Source: an uncultured Candidatus Peregrinibacteria bacterium
GTDB taxonomy: Bacteria > Patescibacteriota > Gracilibacteria > UBA1369
Assembly: GCA_937858825.1 (NCBI GenBank)
Contig: CALMAI010000004.1
Span: 3,833-67,832 of the forward strand
DNA length: 64,000 nucleotides
Direction: 5' to 3'
Both the position numbers and the translations under genes were made by a program. A model generated the notes under the pieces. It searched no databases and had not been told where the DNA came from. It worked only from the letters and a program-made list of their open reading frames with translations. Positions 1 to 8,907 of the stretch are shown piece by piece; within the stretch, counting starts at the first letter, position 1, and the number at the start of each line of letters is the position of its first letter.

Positions 1-3000
1 TTTCATGATTTCCAGGTAGTGGTTTGTTGCTTCAGCGAGCGCGCCGAACTGAATGTAGGCGAGTGCGGCGTAGATGTGGTCTTCGGTGGTGAGTTCGTTG
101 TTGGTTGTGAGGTGGTTGAGCTCGGTGAGGCGCGGCGCATCAACTGATGCTAATCCATAAATGGCCTGGAGTTTTCGTGTAAGTGTTTCATCTTTACTTT
201 CAATAATAGCTGTTAATTCTTGTCGGGCGGCCCGGTCATCCCAAAGGGTTTCATCCAGCCCCAGGAGAAGGGAAGTGAGAGCAAGGTCGGAATCGGCATA
301 TGGAACGATTGAGATTCCGCTCGTTGCTGTTTGATATGGTGTATAGTCGAACGCTTCAACCGGTGACTCCTGGTCAAAATACTCCGCGAGTAGTTTTTGA
401 GCGACATAGTCTGCCGCTGCCATGTCGGCACGACGAACGGTGTTGTAAGTAGCACTCATTAAGGTTCCATAGATTGGTCCAACCTCGTTGTTTCCAAAGA
501 TGAGCTCCGTTCGATCTTCGCTTGATCCAGGAATAGTCATTCCTCCTGTGACAGCACCATTCCACATTTTGGTCTCTTTTAAGTGGGTTGAGCTAACGTT
601 TGTTGTGAGAGCGATGGTGTCGGTGTTGTCACCGGCTTTGGCTGTTACTTCAATGCGGTGATCTCCAAGGGTGAGGGTTGGCAAGGTGATATAACTCGGG
701 ACAAAGGCTTTTCCAACGATGGACTCTTCAAAGTTGAGGTTTGGTACTTTGAGGGTGAAGTTTATGTCATTGTCTTCGGTGAGTCCTGTTCCGTATGCGC
801 GAATCGGAATAGATGGGTCGTCGCCTTCCAGATATTCTGGATTGATGACTGGTACAGCAAAGACCGGTTTGGTAACAGGAATTGAGATTGAGGTGTGGCC
901 TGCTTTAATTGTTCCTCCTTTTATGGCTGCGATGCTCGCACGCCATGAGGTGATGTTATCCGGCAGCTCGAAGGTGACTTGAGCGTTTCCGTTCCCATCG
1001 GTTTCTACGACTTCAAAGATAGCTGTATCTTTAAACACGTCGCGGGTTCCACCTTTTTGGTTGTGAACGTAAATTCCGTCTGCAAAGTAGGTGTGATAGC
1101 TCTCTACTTCAAAGTTATAAACTTTTCGTGATTCGTGAATGGTTTCGATGCTGTTAATGACAACTGGTGTTCCGTTTTGGTCAAGGAGGGTGTCTCCCAG
1201 CTTGGCTTTTCCGGCAAGTTGCCATTGTCCATTCAGGAAGATGATGTGCTCTTTTGTTACTCCAAGGTGGTTGTTCATGAGTAGGTATTCGTTGATGTCA
1301 TGTTCGACTGTTTTTACAACTTTTCCGGCCACAAGCCGTCCGTCTCGTGCTTCCGCCCTGGTAAGAATGGCGTCTCCACTCTTAATGTCTTCAATAGATT
1401 TGGTGCTGCCATCGGCCATAAGGATTTGGGTTCCGGCAATGAAACATCCTCCCATTCCGCCGTCAGTTGCGGCGACAGCATTTTCGAGTGATTCATACGA
1501 TTGCCCAAAGTCTGAGAATGAGTTTTCGTAGATTGCATTGAGCGGATCATTAAATCCTTCGGCAAAGAGTGCATAATAGGCTTCGTCGACCAGGTAAATG
1601 TTGGCATAGGCGTTAGCAACGGGCGTTCCGTTGTCGGCAACGTGAACGGTAAGGGTAATGTTTTCTCCCGGTTCGTAGCTTGCCTGGTTTGGCTGAGCGG
1701 TAATGTCGAGTCGGCGGGTTTCGTAGTCGAAGCTGAATCTTCGTGGGTAGGATGCCCGGTATCGGGTTCCATCGTAGCTATAAACCTTTATTGAGGTGTT
1801 TGGGATTCCTTCTTCTTTAAATGTGTAGTCGAAGGTTTGATCTTGAGAAAGGATGTTGGATTCTACTTCACGGTATGCAACTGAGTAGATGAAGGTGTTG
1901 TTTCCGCTCAATTGTTCTCCATTATGATCGACAACCTGGAGTTGAATTTGATCTCCCGGAACAAATTTTTCGTCTTCGTCTCCGCCAACAAGTTGGAGGA
2001 ATCCGTCGTCGTAGCGGTATGATTGTCCAATAAACCCAGTTTCTTTGTAGAAACGATTTTCATCGTCATAAATGGTGTAGATGACACGATAGCTTTTGTC
2101 TTCATCCAGTTCTGGATTGAATTCAATGATCCCCTGGTTGTCTGCTGTTTTACTTTCTTGTGCAACTTCTTCAAAGCGGGTTTCATATTGATACTGGGGT
2201 TGTAATGTTTTTGTGAGAGGATCGTATTTTTGCCCTGTTTCGATACGGTCATTGAAAACCTCTTCAATGAGAATGTTGGCGGTTGCATTTTTTGCTGGTC
2301 CTTGCCATACATCTGCCTGGCCATAAACGTATGGGAGCTCCGCAACTTTGTTCATATCAACTTGTTGAAGTTCCAGGCGAATATTGTCTGCCTTTGTCTC
2401 TATTTCTGACGCGCCAACGCTTGATCGTACTATGTGGATGGATGTTGATCCGGTGATGTCGGCCAACTCTTCTCGCACGGGAGTAATAGTTTGGTATGCA
2501 GTGTAGAAGAGGCTGCAATATATTTCGCCTTCGCATGAGTTGGTGGTGTCGTTATACGTGATGGATGCTTTTCCTTGAATATCGGTTTGGATTTGTTCAT
2601 TTTGGTTTGGATTCACGTAGTTTCTGGTTTGAAGCTCCAGGTTTGGGACTGGCGTTCCTTCAAAGAAGGTTGTTTCAATGTTGATGTTGGTTGAATCGCC
2701 CCGGTAGATTGCTTTTCTTTCCGGAGTTGCCGTAATTTGATATTCCGGTTTTGTGTATGGGGAGACACTAAAGTAGGTTGAGCTTACGGTCTCATTATTT
2801 TGAACCAGTGTGATGTTATATGATTGGGCTGGTAGGCGGTCGATGTTGAAGGATCCGCTGAGTACTTGTCCGTCGTGAATTTCTACATCCTGTTCGTAAT
2901 AGATCTGGTCTGATGTTGCGATTGCATAGTCAAAGAGGAAGTAGTTTGGGGTGACAACAAGTTTTGCAGGACCATTAACTGGTTCGTTTTTTCCCTGGAT

Positions 3001-4614
3001 GAAAGCCCAATAATAGATTGTATCGGTTGGGAGGTAGTTACTACGATCGGTCTGGAAGTAGTCCCACACGGTTTCTTCGTATGAAGACCAGCTACGGAGT
3101 TCATAGAATGTTGTGAATCCATTTGGAGGGGTAACTTTGATTAGATTTTCTCCAGAGGTCTGCTTTTCGTAGTCGTACTGTTCTATTGGTAGTTCATCCA
3201 GTTCCACAAATCCGTTTTGGTCTGTTGATACGGTTGTGTCTGAATTGGAGATTTGAACTGTTGCTCCTGGAATTGGATTTTTGTTTTGGTTGTCGTGGAG
3301 CCAGACAAAGGCTTTCTCTGTGCTAATGTTCAAGAATGCCGCGGTGTTACTTACCTGGATAAGTGATTGCACGACTTCGTCGTTGGATCTTAGTTCTATG
3401 AGGTAGTATCCTTCGGGGAGAACTTCTGGTAGTGCCAGATATTTTGTGTAGTCGGGTCCTTCTAGTGGAAGGTTGTTGAAGCTGAATTTTTCGCTGAGGT
3501 TGTTGGTGTCGATATTTTGTTCGCGATACTGAACCCAGTATGGTTTTCCTGCAAATTTCTGGTTGATAATTTGCTCAAAATTGTCGGCATTTGGAATGGT
3601 ATAAACCGATCCTGATACAACTTGAGACGCTCCTTCTCTGTCATTGAAATTTATTTCCAGAACTGGTTCGCGGGAAGGATCAAATTCGTTAATGTTTTTT
3701 CTAAAGTTGATATTTGTGAGGTAAGCCGTTGATCCACTGGTTTCGAACTGGAATGTGTATGGTTGTCCAAGAGTTTTATCACTTCCTGGGATAGTAAGGT
3801 TTTCGTTGATGGTCACGGTATATACTGTTTCTTTTTTCAACTCTTCGGGCGCGAAAATTCCTGTTTTTCCATCCATACTAAAGGTTCCGTTGATGCTTGG
3901 CTCAATGCTGAAGTTGTTTTGGAACTCTTGGGCGGTGATGCCATAGTTATTGAACTGGATTTCGATGCCGCTATTGGTTGGCACGCCGCTGGTTTGGTTT
4001 CCCGGGATGGTGCTGGTGATGGCAAGTTGGTTGGATACCTGGAATGCCCAGCTGTACTCTTTTTTGTATGGGCTGTCGGTGATGTTTTGGGCTTCGAGGG
4101 TGATGGAGTAAACTTCTCCTTCTTTCAATGTTTCTGTTGGACGGATAATGATTTCGTTGTCAGTGCGCTGTTTTGCTTCGACTGCCACTTCGGGGGTGAT
4201 AATTAGGTTTTGTTCTATTTCCCCGGCATTTATCGATCCTTTACTCTTTAAAAGGAATTCGTTGTCTGCGTCGATGCCGGCCTCACTTTCTGCTAATGCT
4301 GTGAGAGTGTAATAATCTTTGGCTTCGGCGACGTTGACGAACTCTACTGGTAGAACATTTTTTGGTACAAAAATGTTGAATGAAAAGAGGAGAACGAGAA
4401 CAAGGGCAGTTGCCGGTATCAATCCAAATTTAAAGAGTGAGTCAAAGTTGAACCGTTTACGTTTCTCTTTTGTTGAGGGTTCGTTCATGGTTTTGGCTTT
4501 GTCTTGAATCTGGCTTCGAAGCTGATTCTTGAAATCTGGATTTCCTTTTTTCTTCAGCATGGTTGCAAGCTGTTTAAGATCTTTCTCCAAGTTGTTGTTG
4601 TTATTTTTTGGCAT
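1..4614 (-). CDS. Giant membrane-anchored alpha-2-macroglobulin (A2M)-like protein, C-terminus cut by the window edge (>=1538 aa)
   Basis: Absent from the ORF track because there is no stop inside the window. Minus-strand frame read by hand from ATG 4614-4612 (MPKNNNNNLEKDLKQLATMLKKKG...). 4614-3360 and 1680-1 were translated codon by codon with no stop; the interval between them was read through more quickly and no stop was noticed. No track ORF shares this frame. Short N-terminal tail, one TM (FGLIPATALVLVLLFSFNIF), long beta-rich MG/Ig-like region, 'ANIYLVDEAYYALF', the A2M-domain hallmark 'RDVFKDTAIFEVVETDGNGNAQVTFELPDNITSWR', then a helical TED-like region. Confidence 0.85.
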   Translation of the reverse strand, partial: MPKNNNNNLEKDLKQLATMLKKKGNPDFKNQLRSQIQDKAKTMNEPSTKEKRKRFNFDSLFKFGLIPATALVLVLLFSFNIFVPKNVLPVEFVNVAEAKDYYTLTALAESEAGIDADNEFLLKSKGSINAGEIEQNLIITPEVAVEAKQRTDNEIIIRPTETLKEGEVYSITLEAQNITDSPYKKEYSWAFQVSNQLAITSTIPGNQTSGVPTNSGIEIQFNNYGITAQEFQNNFSIEPSINGTFSMDGKTGIFAPEELKKETVYTVTINENLTIPGSDKTLGQPYTFQFETSGSTAYLTNINFRKNINEFDPSREPVLEINFNDREGASQVVSGSVYTIPNADNFEQIINQKFAGKPYWVQYREQNIDTNNLSEKFSFNNLPLEGPDYTKYLALPEVLPEGYYLIELRSNDEVVQSLIQVSNTAAFLNISTEKAFVWLHDNQNKNPIPGATVQISNSDTTVSTDQNGFVELDELPIEQYDYEKQTSGENLIKVTPPNGFTTFYELRSWSSYEETVWDYFQTDRSNYLPTDTIYYWAFIQGKNEPVNGPAKLVVTPNYFLFDYAIATSDQIYYEQDVEIHDGQVLSGSFNIDRLPAQSYNITLVQNNETVSSTYFSVSPYTKPEYQITATPERKAIYRGDSTNINIETTFFEGTPVPNLELQTRNYVNPNQNEQIQTDIQGKASITYNDTTNSCEGEIYCSLFYTAYQTITPVREELADITGSTSIHIVRSSVGASEIETKADNIRLELQQVDMNKVAELPYVYGQADVWQGPAKNATANILIEEVFNDRIETGQKYDPLTKTLQPQYQYETRFEEVAQESKTADNQGIIEFNPELDEDKSYRVIYTIYDDENRFYKETGFIGQSYRYDDGFLQLVGGDEDEKFVPGDQIQLQVVDHNGEQLSGNNTFIYSVAYREVESNILSQDQTFDYTFKEEGIPNTSIKVYSYDGTRYRASYPRRFSFDYETRRLDITAQPNQASYEPGENITLTVHVADNGTPVANAYANIYLVDEAYYALFAEGFNDPLNAIYENSFSDFGQSYESLENAVAATDGGMGGCFIAGTQILMADGSTKSIEDIKSGDAILTRAEARDGRLVAGKVVKTVEHDINEYLLMNNHLGVTKEHIIFLNGQWQLAGKAKLGDTLLDQNGTPVVINSIETIHESRKVYNFEVESYHTYFADGIYVHNQKGGTRDVFKDTAIFEVVETDGNGNAQVTFELPDNITSWRASIAAIKGGTIKAGHTSISIPVTKPVFAVPVINPEYLEGDDPSIPIRAYGTGLTEDNDINFTLKVPNLNFEESIVGKAFVPSYITLPTLTLGDHRIEVTAKAGDNTDTIALTTNVSSTHLKETKMWNGAVTGGMTIPGSSEDRTELIFGNNEVGPIYGTLMSATYNTVRRADMAAADYVAQKLLAEYFDQESPVEAFDYTPYQTATSGISIVPYADSDLALTSLLLGLDETLWDDRAARQELTAIIESKDETLTRKLQAIYGLASVDAPRLTELNHLTTNNELTTEDHIYAALAYIQFGALAEATNHYLEIMK
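1060..1446 (-). other. Hint (intein-like / BIL-type) domain embedded in the A2M-like CDS, 129 aa
   Basis: Hand translation verified codon by codon: CFIAGTQILMADGSTKSIEDIKSGDAILT...LGVTKEHIIF...RKVYNFEVESYHTYFADGIYVHN. Cys1 (block A), T-x-x-H (block B) and terminal His-Asn (block G) are all present. The next residue is Gln (HN|QKGG), not Cys/Ser/Thr. There is no endonuclease insert. Confidence 0.8.
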
Positions 4615-4617
4615 GCT

Positions 4618-5172
4618 TTAGTAGTTACACATTTGTTGGAGTCGCGCCATGGCCCGGTTGAGTTTTACTCCCACGTTTGATGTGGTGATGTTGAGTGTTT
4701 CTGCTATCTCTTTATAGGAGAGGTTTTCGAAATATTTGAGGGTGATGATGTGCTTTTCGTCGTCTTTGAGTTTTTCGAGGGCAAGGTGGAGGGATGAGAG
4801 GCTTTCCGTGAATTCGATCTGTTCTTCGTGTTCTTTCATGGATGTGTCGGCTGCTTCCGCCTTGGTTTCGTTGTTGTGGATTTGCTTGATGGCGGTCTTT
4901 TGTGCCTTCTGATTTGATCGGAAATAGTCGTTCATTTTGTTAATGGCAATGCGGTAGAGCCAGGCGCTGAAAGGTTTTCCGGTATATTCGTAGTCGTCCA
5001 TTTTTTCCAGCGCGGTCATGAAGGTTTCGGATGTGATGTCCTGTGCGTCGTGCTGGTTGTAGACCCGGGAGACAACGTATTTGAAAATTTTTTCAAAGTT
5101 GGCGTCGTAGAGTGCTACAAATGCAGTTTTATCTTGTTGTGCGGCTTCAATGAGCTGTTTTTCGGTGGCCAT
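4618..5172 (-). CDS. ECF-type RNA polymerase sigma-70 factor
   Basis: 184 aa. Region 2 (FEKIFKYVVSRVYNQHDAQDITSETFMTALEKMDDY...FSAWLYRIAINKMNDYFR) and region 4 HTH (LSYKEIAETLNITTSNVGVKLNRAMARL). The stop lies 3 nt upstream of the A2M-like start. Confidence 0.9.
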   Translation of the reverse strand: MATEKQLIEAAQQDKTAFVALYDANFEKIFKYVVSRVYNQHDAQDITSETFMTALEKMDDYEYTGKPFSAWLYRIAINKMNDYFRSNQKAQKTAIKQIHNNETKAEAADTSMKEHEEQIEFTESLSSLHLALEKLKDDEKHIITLKYFENLSYKEIAETLNITTSNVGVKLNRAMARLQQMCNY

Positions 5173-5235
5173 TCCGGGCTGAGGAAAGTAAATTTTACTG
5201 TTGTTTCGGTTGTATAACGATCCTTTAAAACTTTC

Positions 5236-5832
5236 TTACATTTTTTTTAGCATTTCTTCGACCTGGAAGAGTGGAAGGCCGATAACGTTGTGATAGTCAC
5301 CATAAATTGTGTGGATGAATTTACCGGCGTGACCTTCGATAGTTAGAGCTCCCGCAACGTTCAGTACATCGTCCTCTTTAATAATCTGGTCAATTTCCTG
5401 GTTGGAAATGTTCCCAAAGTGCAGTGTGGTAACGGCGTGTTCGCTGAGTTTTTTGATAATTGTACCACGGTCATTGGTCTTGATAACAGCAACACCTGTG
5501 TAAATTTTCATGACATTGTTGCTGTAGGCGGCGATCATTTTTTTTGCCTCAGTCATGGATTTGGGTTTGCCGAATTTTTTACCATTCATGGTTCCGAAAG
5601 TGTCGGCTCCGATAATGATGGAGTCTGGATATTTGTGTGCCACGAATTCGGCCTTTTTGAAGGCTAGGAATTTGGCGAGCGCTGGAGCAGTTTTGCGGGC
5701 GTTCATGTCTTCTTCATATCCACTAGCGTGACATTCGAAATCGATCTCCAGCTCTTTGAGAAGTTTGCGGCGGGCTGGTGATCTGGATGCGAGGATGATT
5801 CTGGCGGGTGGTTTTTTTGGCATTTCTGCCAT
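5236..5832 (-). CDS. maf: Maf-like nucleoside triphosphate pyrophosphatase (septum formation protein Maf)
   Basis: 198 aa. ILASRSPARRKLLKELEIDF, IIGADT and YGDYHNVIGLPL are typical Maf family motifs. Confidence 0.85.
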   Translation of the reverse strand: MAEMPKKPPARIILASRSPARRKLLKELEIDFECHASGYEEDMNARKTAPALAKFLAFKKAEFVAHKYPDSIIIGADTFGTMNGKKFGKPKSMTEAKKMIAAYSNNVMKIYTGVAVIKTNDRGTIIKKLSEHAVTTLHFGNISNQEIDQIIKEDDVLNVAGALTIEGHAGKFIHTIYGDYHNVIGLPLFQVEEMLKKM

Positions 5833-5841
5833 TATACCACC

Positions 5842-6156
5842 TTATTGACGATCTTTTTTCTTTTTGCTCCGAATTTTTATGTATTCGGCGATGGGCTGAT
5901 CGTTCTTTTTGTAGAGGATTTTAAGAATGATCAGAATGCTGGTGGCAGAGGTGTTGAGTGATGCTGATGCAATGAGAGGTATGTCTTGTAAGTGGTATCC
6001 GTAGATTGCCCAGGATAGTGATCCTCCCAAAAAAAGGATAAGCATGGACCATGCGACATCGCGGAGGTGCTGGGTGTGAATGGCCTTGTACACTTCCGGG
6101 ATGAGGTGTGTTCCGGTGAGTAAGACGCCGATATATCCAAAAATAGTGAAATCCAT
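5842..6156 (-). CDS. SemiSWEET / PQ-loop family 3-TM transporter
   Basis: 104 aa with three predicted TM helices. PQ-loop-like 'HLIPEVYKAIHTQHLRDVAW...SWAIYGY' and a basic C-terminal tail. Confidence 0.55.
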   Translation of the reverse strand: MDFTIFGYIGVLLTGTHLIPEVYKAIHTQHLRDVAWSMLILFLGGSLSWAIYGYHLQDIPLIASASLNTSATSILIILKILYKKNDQPIAEYIKIRSKKKKDRQ

Positions 6157-6246
6157 AATAGTTGGTGATTCATATTATTATACCATTTTTTAAGGCGTGA
6201 GTCTATTAAGGGAGTGTGATATAATGGTTCGAGTAATCAAAAAAAT

Positions 6247-7263
6247 ATGAAAAAATATGTTAGTCGGGTTTTGTCTGGATTAGGTGGCGGTGTGCTGCTT
6301 AATTTTTTGTTTGTTTCGCCGGCTCTGGCACATGTGAAGTGGTTTGTGGAAACGGAGGAAATTGTGGCCAAAGAGACCACACATTATGCGCTGACTGATC
6401 CGTTTGTGATGATGTGGATAGCGGTTATTGTTTTAACGGTACTGGTGGCATTTTTGCTGGATATTGTTTTGCCTGAGCCGAAGGCTAAAATTTTTAAAAA
6501 GGCGGAGAAGTGGAAGTCTGTTATTTATAAAATTTTTGCAATAACGATTGGTGTAAACTTCTTGCTGGAAGCGTATCTTGGTGCAGTTTTTGCTCCACCT
6601 TTTAAAGTGGTTTCGACTTTTGAATTTGCACTGGTTGGATTGCAGGTTCTTTTAGGCTTGATGCTTACTTTTGGAGTGAAAGTTCGATGGGCAGCGGCTG
6701 GGATTGTTCTTTTGTATCTTGGATCGATGATGTCTTATGGCGTTATGCCACTTCTGGATGAAGTTTTTATGATTGGAGTGGCGGCGTTTTTGTTTTTGGA
6801 ACATCCAGAGAGTTATACCTGGTCAAAAGAGTACGAGGCTTATGCGATTCCGCTATTGCGTGTTTTTTCCGGTATAGCTTTGATTGTGTTGGCCTTTTCG
6901 GAAAAGTTTTTACACCCGGAATTGGGGCTCAACTTTTTGAACGAGTTTCATTGGAATTTTATGCAGATGTTGGGGATTGCTGATTTTTCGAATTTGATGT
7001 TCGTTTTTTCGGCGGGAGCTATGGAGTTTTTGTTCGGAACGATTTTAATACTTGGATTTATTCCCCGCATTAATATGTTTGCGACAGCTTTCTTTTTCAC
7101 CATTACGTTTATACTTTTGGGGCCGATTGAAGTGATTGGACACATGCCTATTTTTGTTACTGCGTTGGTGATTATTTTGTATGGAGGAGGGGAACGATTG
7201 AATTTTCGGGAATTGATTCCACATAAAAAGCGCAGCAAGGTTGCCGCGCTTTTTGGTAGATAA
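6247..7263 (+). CDS. Polytopic integral membrane protein, function unknown (DoxX-like?)
   Basis: 338 aa. Signal/TM at the N-terminus (LLNFLFVSPALAHVKWF) and roughly 8 hydrophobic helices. No catalytic motif recognised. Confidence 0.7.
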   Translation: MKKYVSRVLSGLGGGVLLNFLFVSPALAHVKWFVETEEIVAKETTHYALTDPFVMMWIAVIVLTVLVAFLLDIVLPEPKAKIFKKAEKWKSVIYKIFAITIGVNFLLEAYLGAVFAPPFKVVSTFEFALVGLQVLLGLMLTFGVKVRWAAAGIVLLYLGSMMSYGVMPLLDEVFMIGVAAFLFLEHPESYTWSKEYEAYAIPLLRVFSGIALIVLAFSEKFLHPELGLNFLNEFHWNFMQMLGIADFSNLMFVFSAGAMEFLFGTILILGFIPRINMFATAFFFTITFILLGPIEVIGHMPIFVTALVIILYGGGERLNFRELIPHKKRSKVAALFGR

Positions 7264-7275
7264 AATCTGTAATTT

Positions 7276-8457
7276 TTAGCTCTTGGTGCTTGGTTTACTT
7301 TGTGCTTTTTGGCGTAACACCATTACAACTACTCCAATAACAAGTAGTGCGACCAGAATTAGCGCCACAATGTTGTGAAGAATCATCGATACAAAGACAA
7401 CAACAGTTGAAACTACTGCGGCAACAATGAATGTCGCGATTCCAATCACGCTTTTGCTCAGGTCTCCAACGAGTGGTACAAAATCAAGAACGGTGCTGAT
7501 TGGTCCAAGGAGCATACCAAGGCTTACCCACATGAGGAAGAATCCAAGGATGCGAAGCCCCCATGTTGATTGGCTGTGTTCTGTGGTCATTTTTGAGAGT
7601 GACTCTTCGTGTGTGCCGCTGAAAATTCGGTAGAGGTTCGTATTTTTTGGGCCAACGAAAGTGCTGAGTTCTGTTCCGGACTGTTGTCCAAAAGCAGTCA
7701 CCTGTTGGTTTGATGGAACAACAGAGTAGCTAATGCGAACATCTCCAACTTCTGGAGTTTCAAGGGTTCCGAATCCTTTAAAAATGTATTTGTTGCTTTC
7801 CAGGGTTGGGGCAATGTCTTCAAAGTTGTCGAAGTACATCATCTCTTCATCGTCGTCCATCATGAGTTCCCCTTCATTAAGAAGGGCTGTTTCTTCTGTT
7901 AATGGTAGTTCCTGAAATGCCGGGAGTTGAGCTTTATCCAGGTTGAGGGTGTAGAGTCCAACTTTGGCTGAAGGAGCTTTAATGGTTTCATCCTGGATCG
8001 CTTTTTGTGGATTTTGGTGGTCGGCTCCAAATTTAAATTTACTGGAATCCGATGGGTTTGAAGTCCAGACTTTTTCGTATGAATAGATGCGATCTTCCAT
8101 ACGTTTTTGATCTGGATTTTGATTGTCGAGGTAGGTGTCATTGTTTTCTACAGATTCGCTTTTTTCATCCCATGCATACATTTCCACGTTGCGGCGGACG
8201 GCAACATAGTCGCCTTCCTGGAGGTAGATGTCTCCAATCATCCCGTCGGTTTCAATGGTTCCGGAAAGAGATACCAGTTTTCCTTCTGCTTCTGGATTTT
8301 GTTCGGTGGCAGAGATTTTTATAGCATCTTTTGCAACTCCAGATAGATCGACACGACCTTCATTCCAATAAAGGACTCCGATCGATACAAAAAAGAGAAT
8401 AAACCCGATAAGAATCCCTTTTAAAGAACCGGTAAGGCGGTTAAGCGAGTTTTGCAT
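7276..8457 (-). CDS. TMEM43/DUF1625-like membrane protein
   Basis: 393 aa. N-terminal TM followed by 'LYWNEGR', a long soluble middle, and a C-terminal cluster of TM helices. This architecture is typical of bacterial TMEM43-family proteins. Confidence 0.5.
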   Translation of the reverse strand: MQNSLNRLTGSLKGILIGFILFFVSIGVLYWNEGRVDLSGVAKDAIKISATEQNPEAEGKLVSLSGTIETDGMIGDIYLQEGDYVAVRRNVEMYAWDEKSESVENNDTYLDNQNPDQKRMEDRIYSYEKVWTSNPSDSSKFKFGADHQNPQKAIQDETIKAPSAKVGLYTLNLDKAQLPAFQELPLTEETALLNEGELMMDDDEEMMYFDNFEDIAPTLESNKYIFKGFGTLETPEVGDVRISYSVVPSNQQVTAFGQQSGTELSTFVGPKNTNLYRIFSGTHEESLSKMTTEHSQSTWGLRILGFFLMWVSLGMLLGPISTVLDFVPLVGDLSKSVIGIATFIVAAVVSTVVVFVSMILHNIVALILVALLVIGVVVMVLRQKAQSKPSTKS

Positions 8458-8558
8458 GACAGGTTTTAAAAAATATTTATGGGGTGATTGTAGAATAGAT
8501 CTTGACTTTTGTGAAGTAGAGGAGCAAAGTCGCGATTAGTACTTGTTATTTTTTTCCT

Positions 8559-8849
8559 ATGGAAAAGCGACTATTTGTTGGAGGCATTTCATGGAGCACC
8601 ACAGAGGATCAGCTCCGCGACATGTTTGCACAAGCGGGAAACGTTGTTTCTTGCAAAATTATTGTGGACAAATTTTCTGGCCGCAGTAAGGGGTTTGGTT
8701 TCGTTGAATTCGAAACCGAAGAAGAAGCCGCAAAGGCTATTGAGATGTTCCATGAAAAGGAAGATCCAAATGGTCGAAAGATCATCGTGAACGAGGCACG
8801 CCCAATGGAACCTCGGGATAATGAAGGTGGAGGAGGCGGAAGCTTCTAA
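8559..8849 (+). CDS. RRM-type RNA-binding protein with Gly-rich tail
   Basis: 96 aa. RNP-2 'LFVGGISW', RNP-1 'KGFGFVEF', and C-terminal GGGGGSF. Confidence 0.9.
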   Translation: MEKRLFVGGISWSTTEDQLRDMFAQAGNVVSCKIIVDKFSGRSKGFGFVEFETEEEAAKAIEMFHEKEDPNGRKIIVNEARPMEPRDNEGGGGGSF

Positions 8850-8869
8850 GTTATAACTTTCAAGGAGAA

Positions 8870-8897
8870 GAGCGGGCTGTGTGTCCGCTCTTTTTTT
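8870..8897 (+). terminator. Rho-independent terminator after the RRM gene
   Basis: Stem GAGCGG (8870-8875) / CCGCTC (8885-8890) followed by TTTTTTT. Confidence 0.7.
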
Positions 8898-8907
8898 GTG
8901 GCAGATT

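Noticed and set aside
1060-1446. A canonical self-splicing mini-intein.
   Set aside because: The +1 extein residue is Gln, not Cys/Ser/Thr, so class-1 splicing chemistry is not supported. I report it as a Hint/BIL-type domain instead. No homing endonuclease is present.
1-4614. The absence of any long ORF in the track across 4.6 kb suggested either non-coding DNA or an alternative genetic code (UGA reassignment, as in SR1/Gracilibacteria).
   Set aside because: The minus-strand frame starting at ATG 4614 showed no stop: 4614-3360 and 1680-1 were checked codon by codon, and the middle was read through more quickly. It is simply omitted from the track because the ORF has no stop inside the window. 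TGA terminates several well-supported genes here (for example the AstE-like and YerC-like genes), and the tRNA-Trp has a CCA anticodon, so the standard code 11 fits.
5842-6173. Alternative overlapping ORF 5931..6173(-) instead of 5842..6156(-).
   Set aside because: The 5842..6156 frame gives three clean TM helices with a PQ-loop-like motif. The alternative frame is His/Ser/Pro-rich with no structure.
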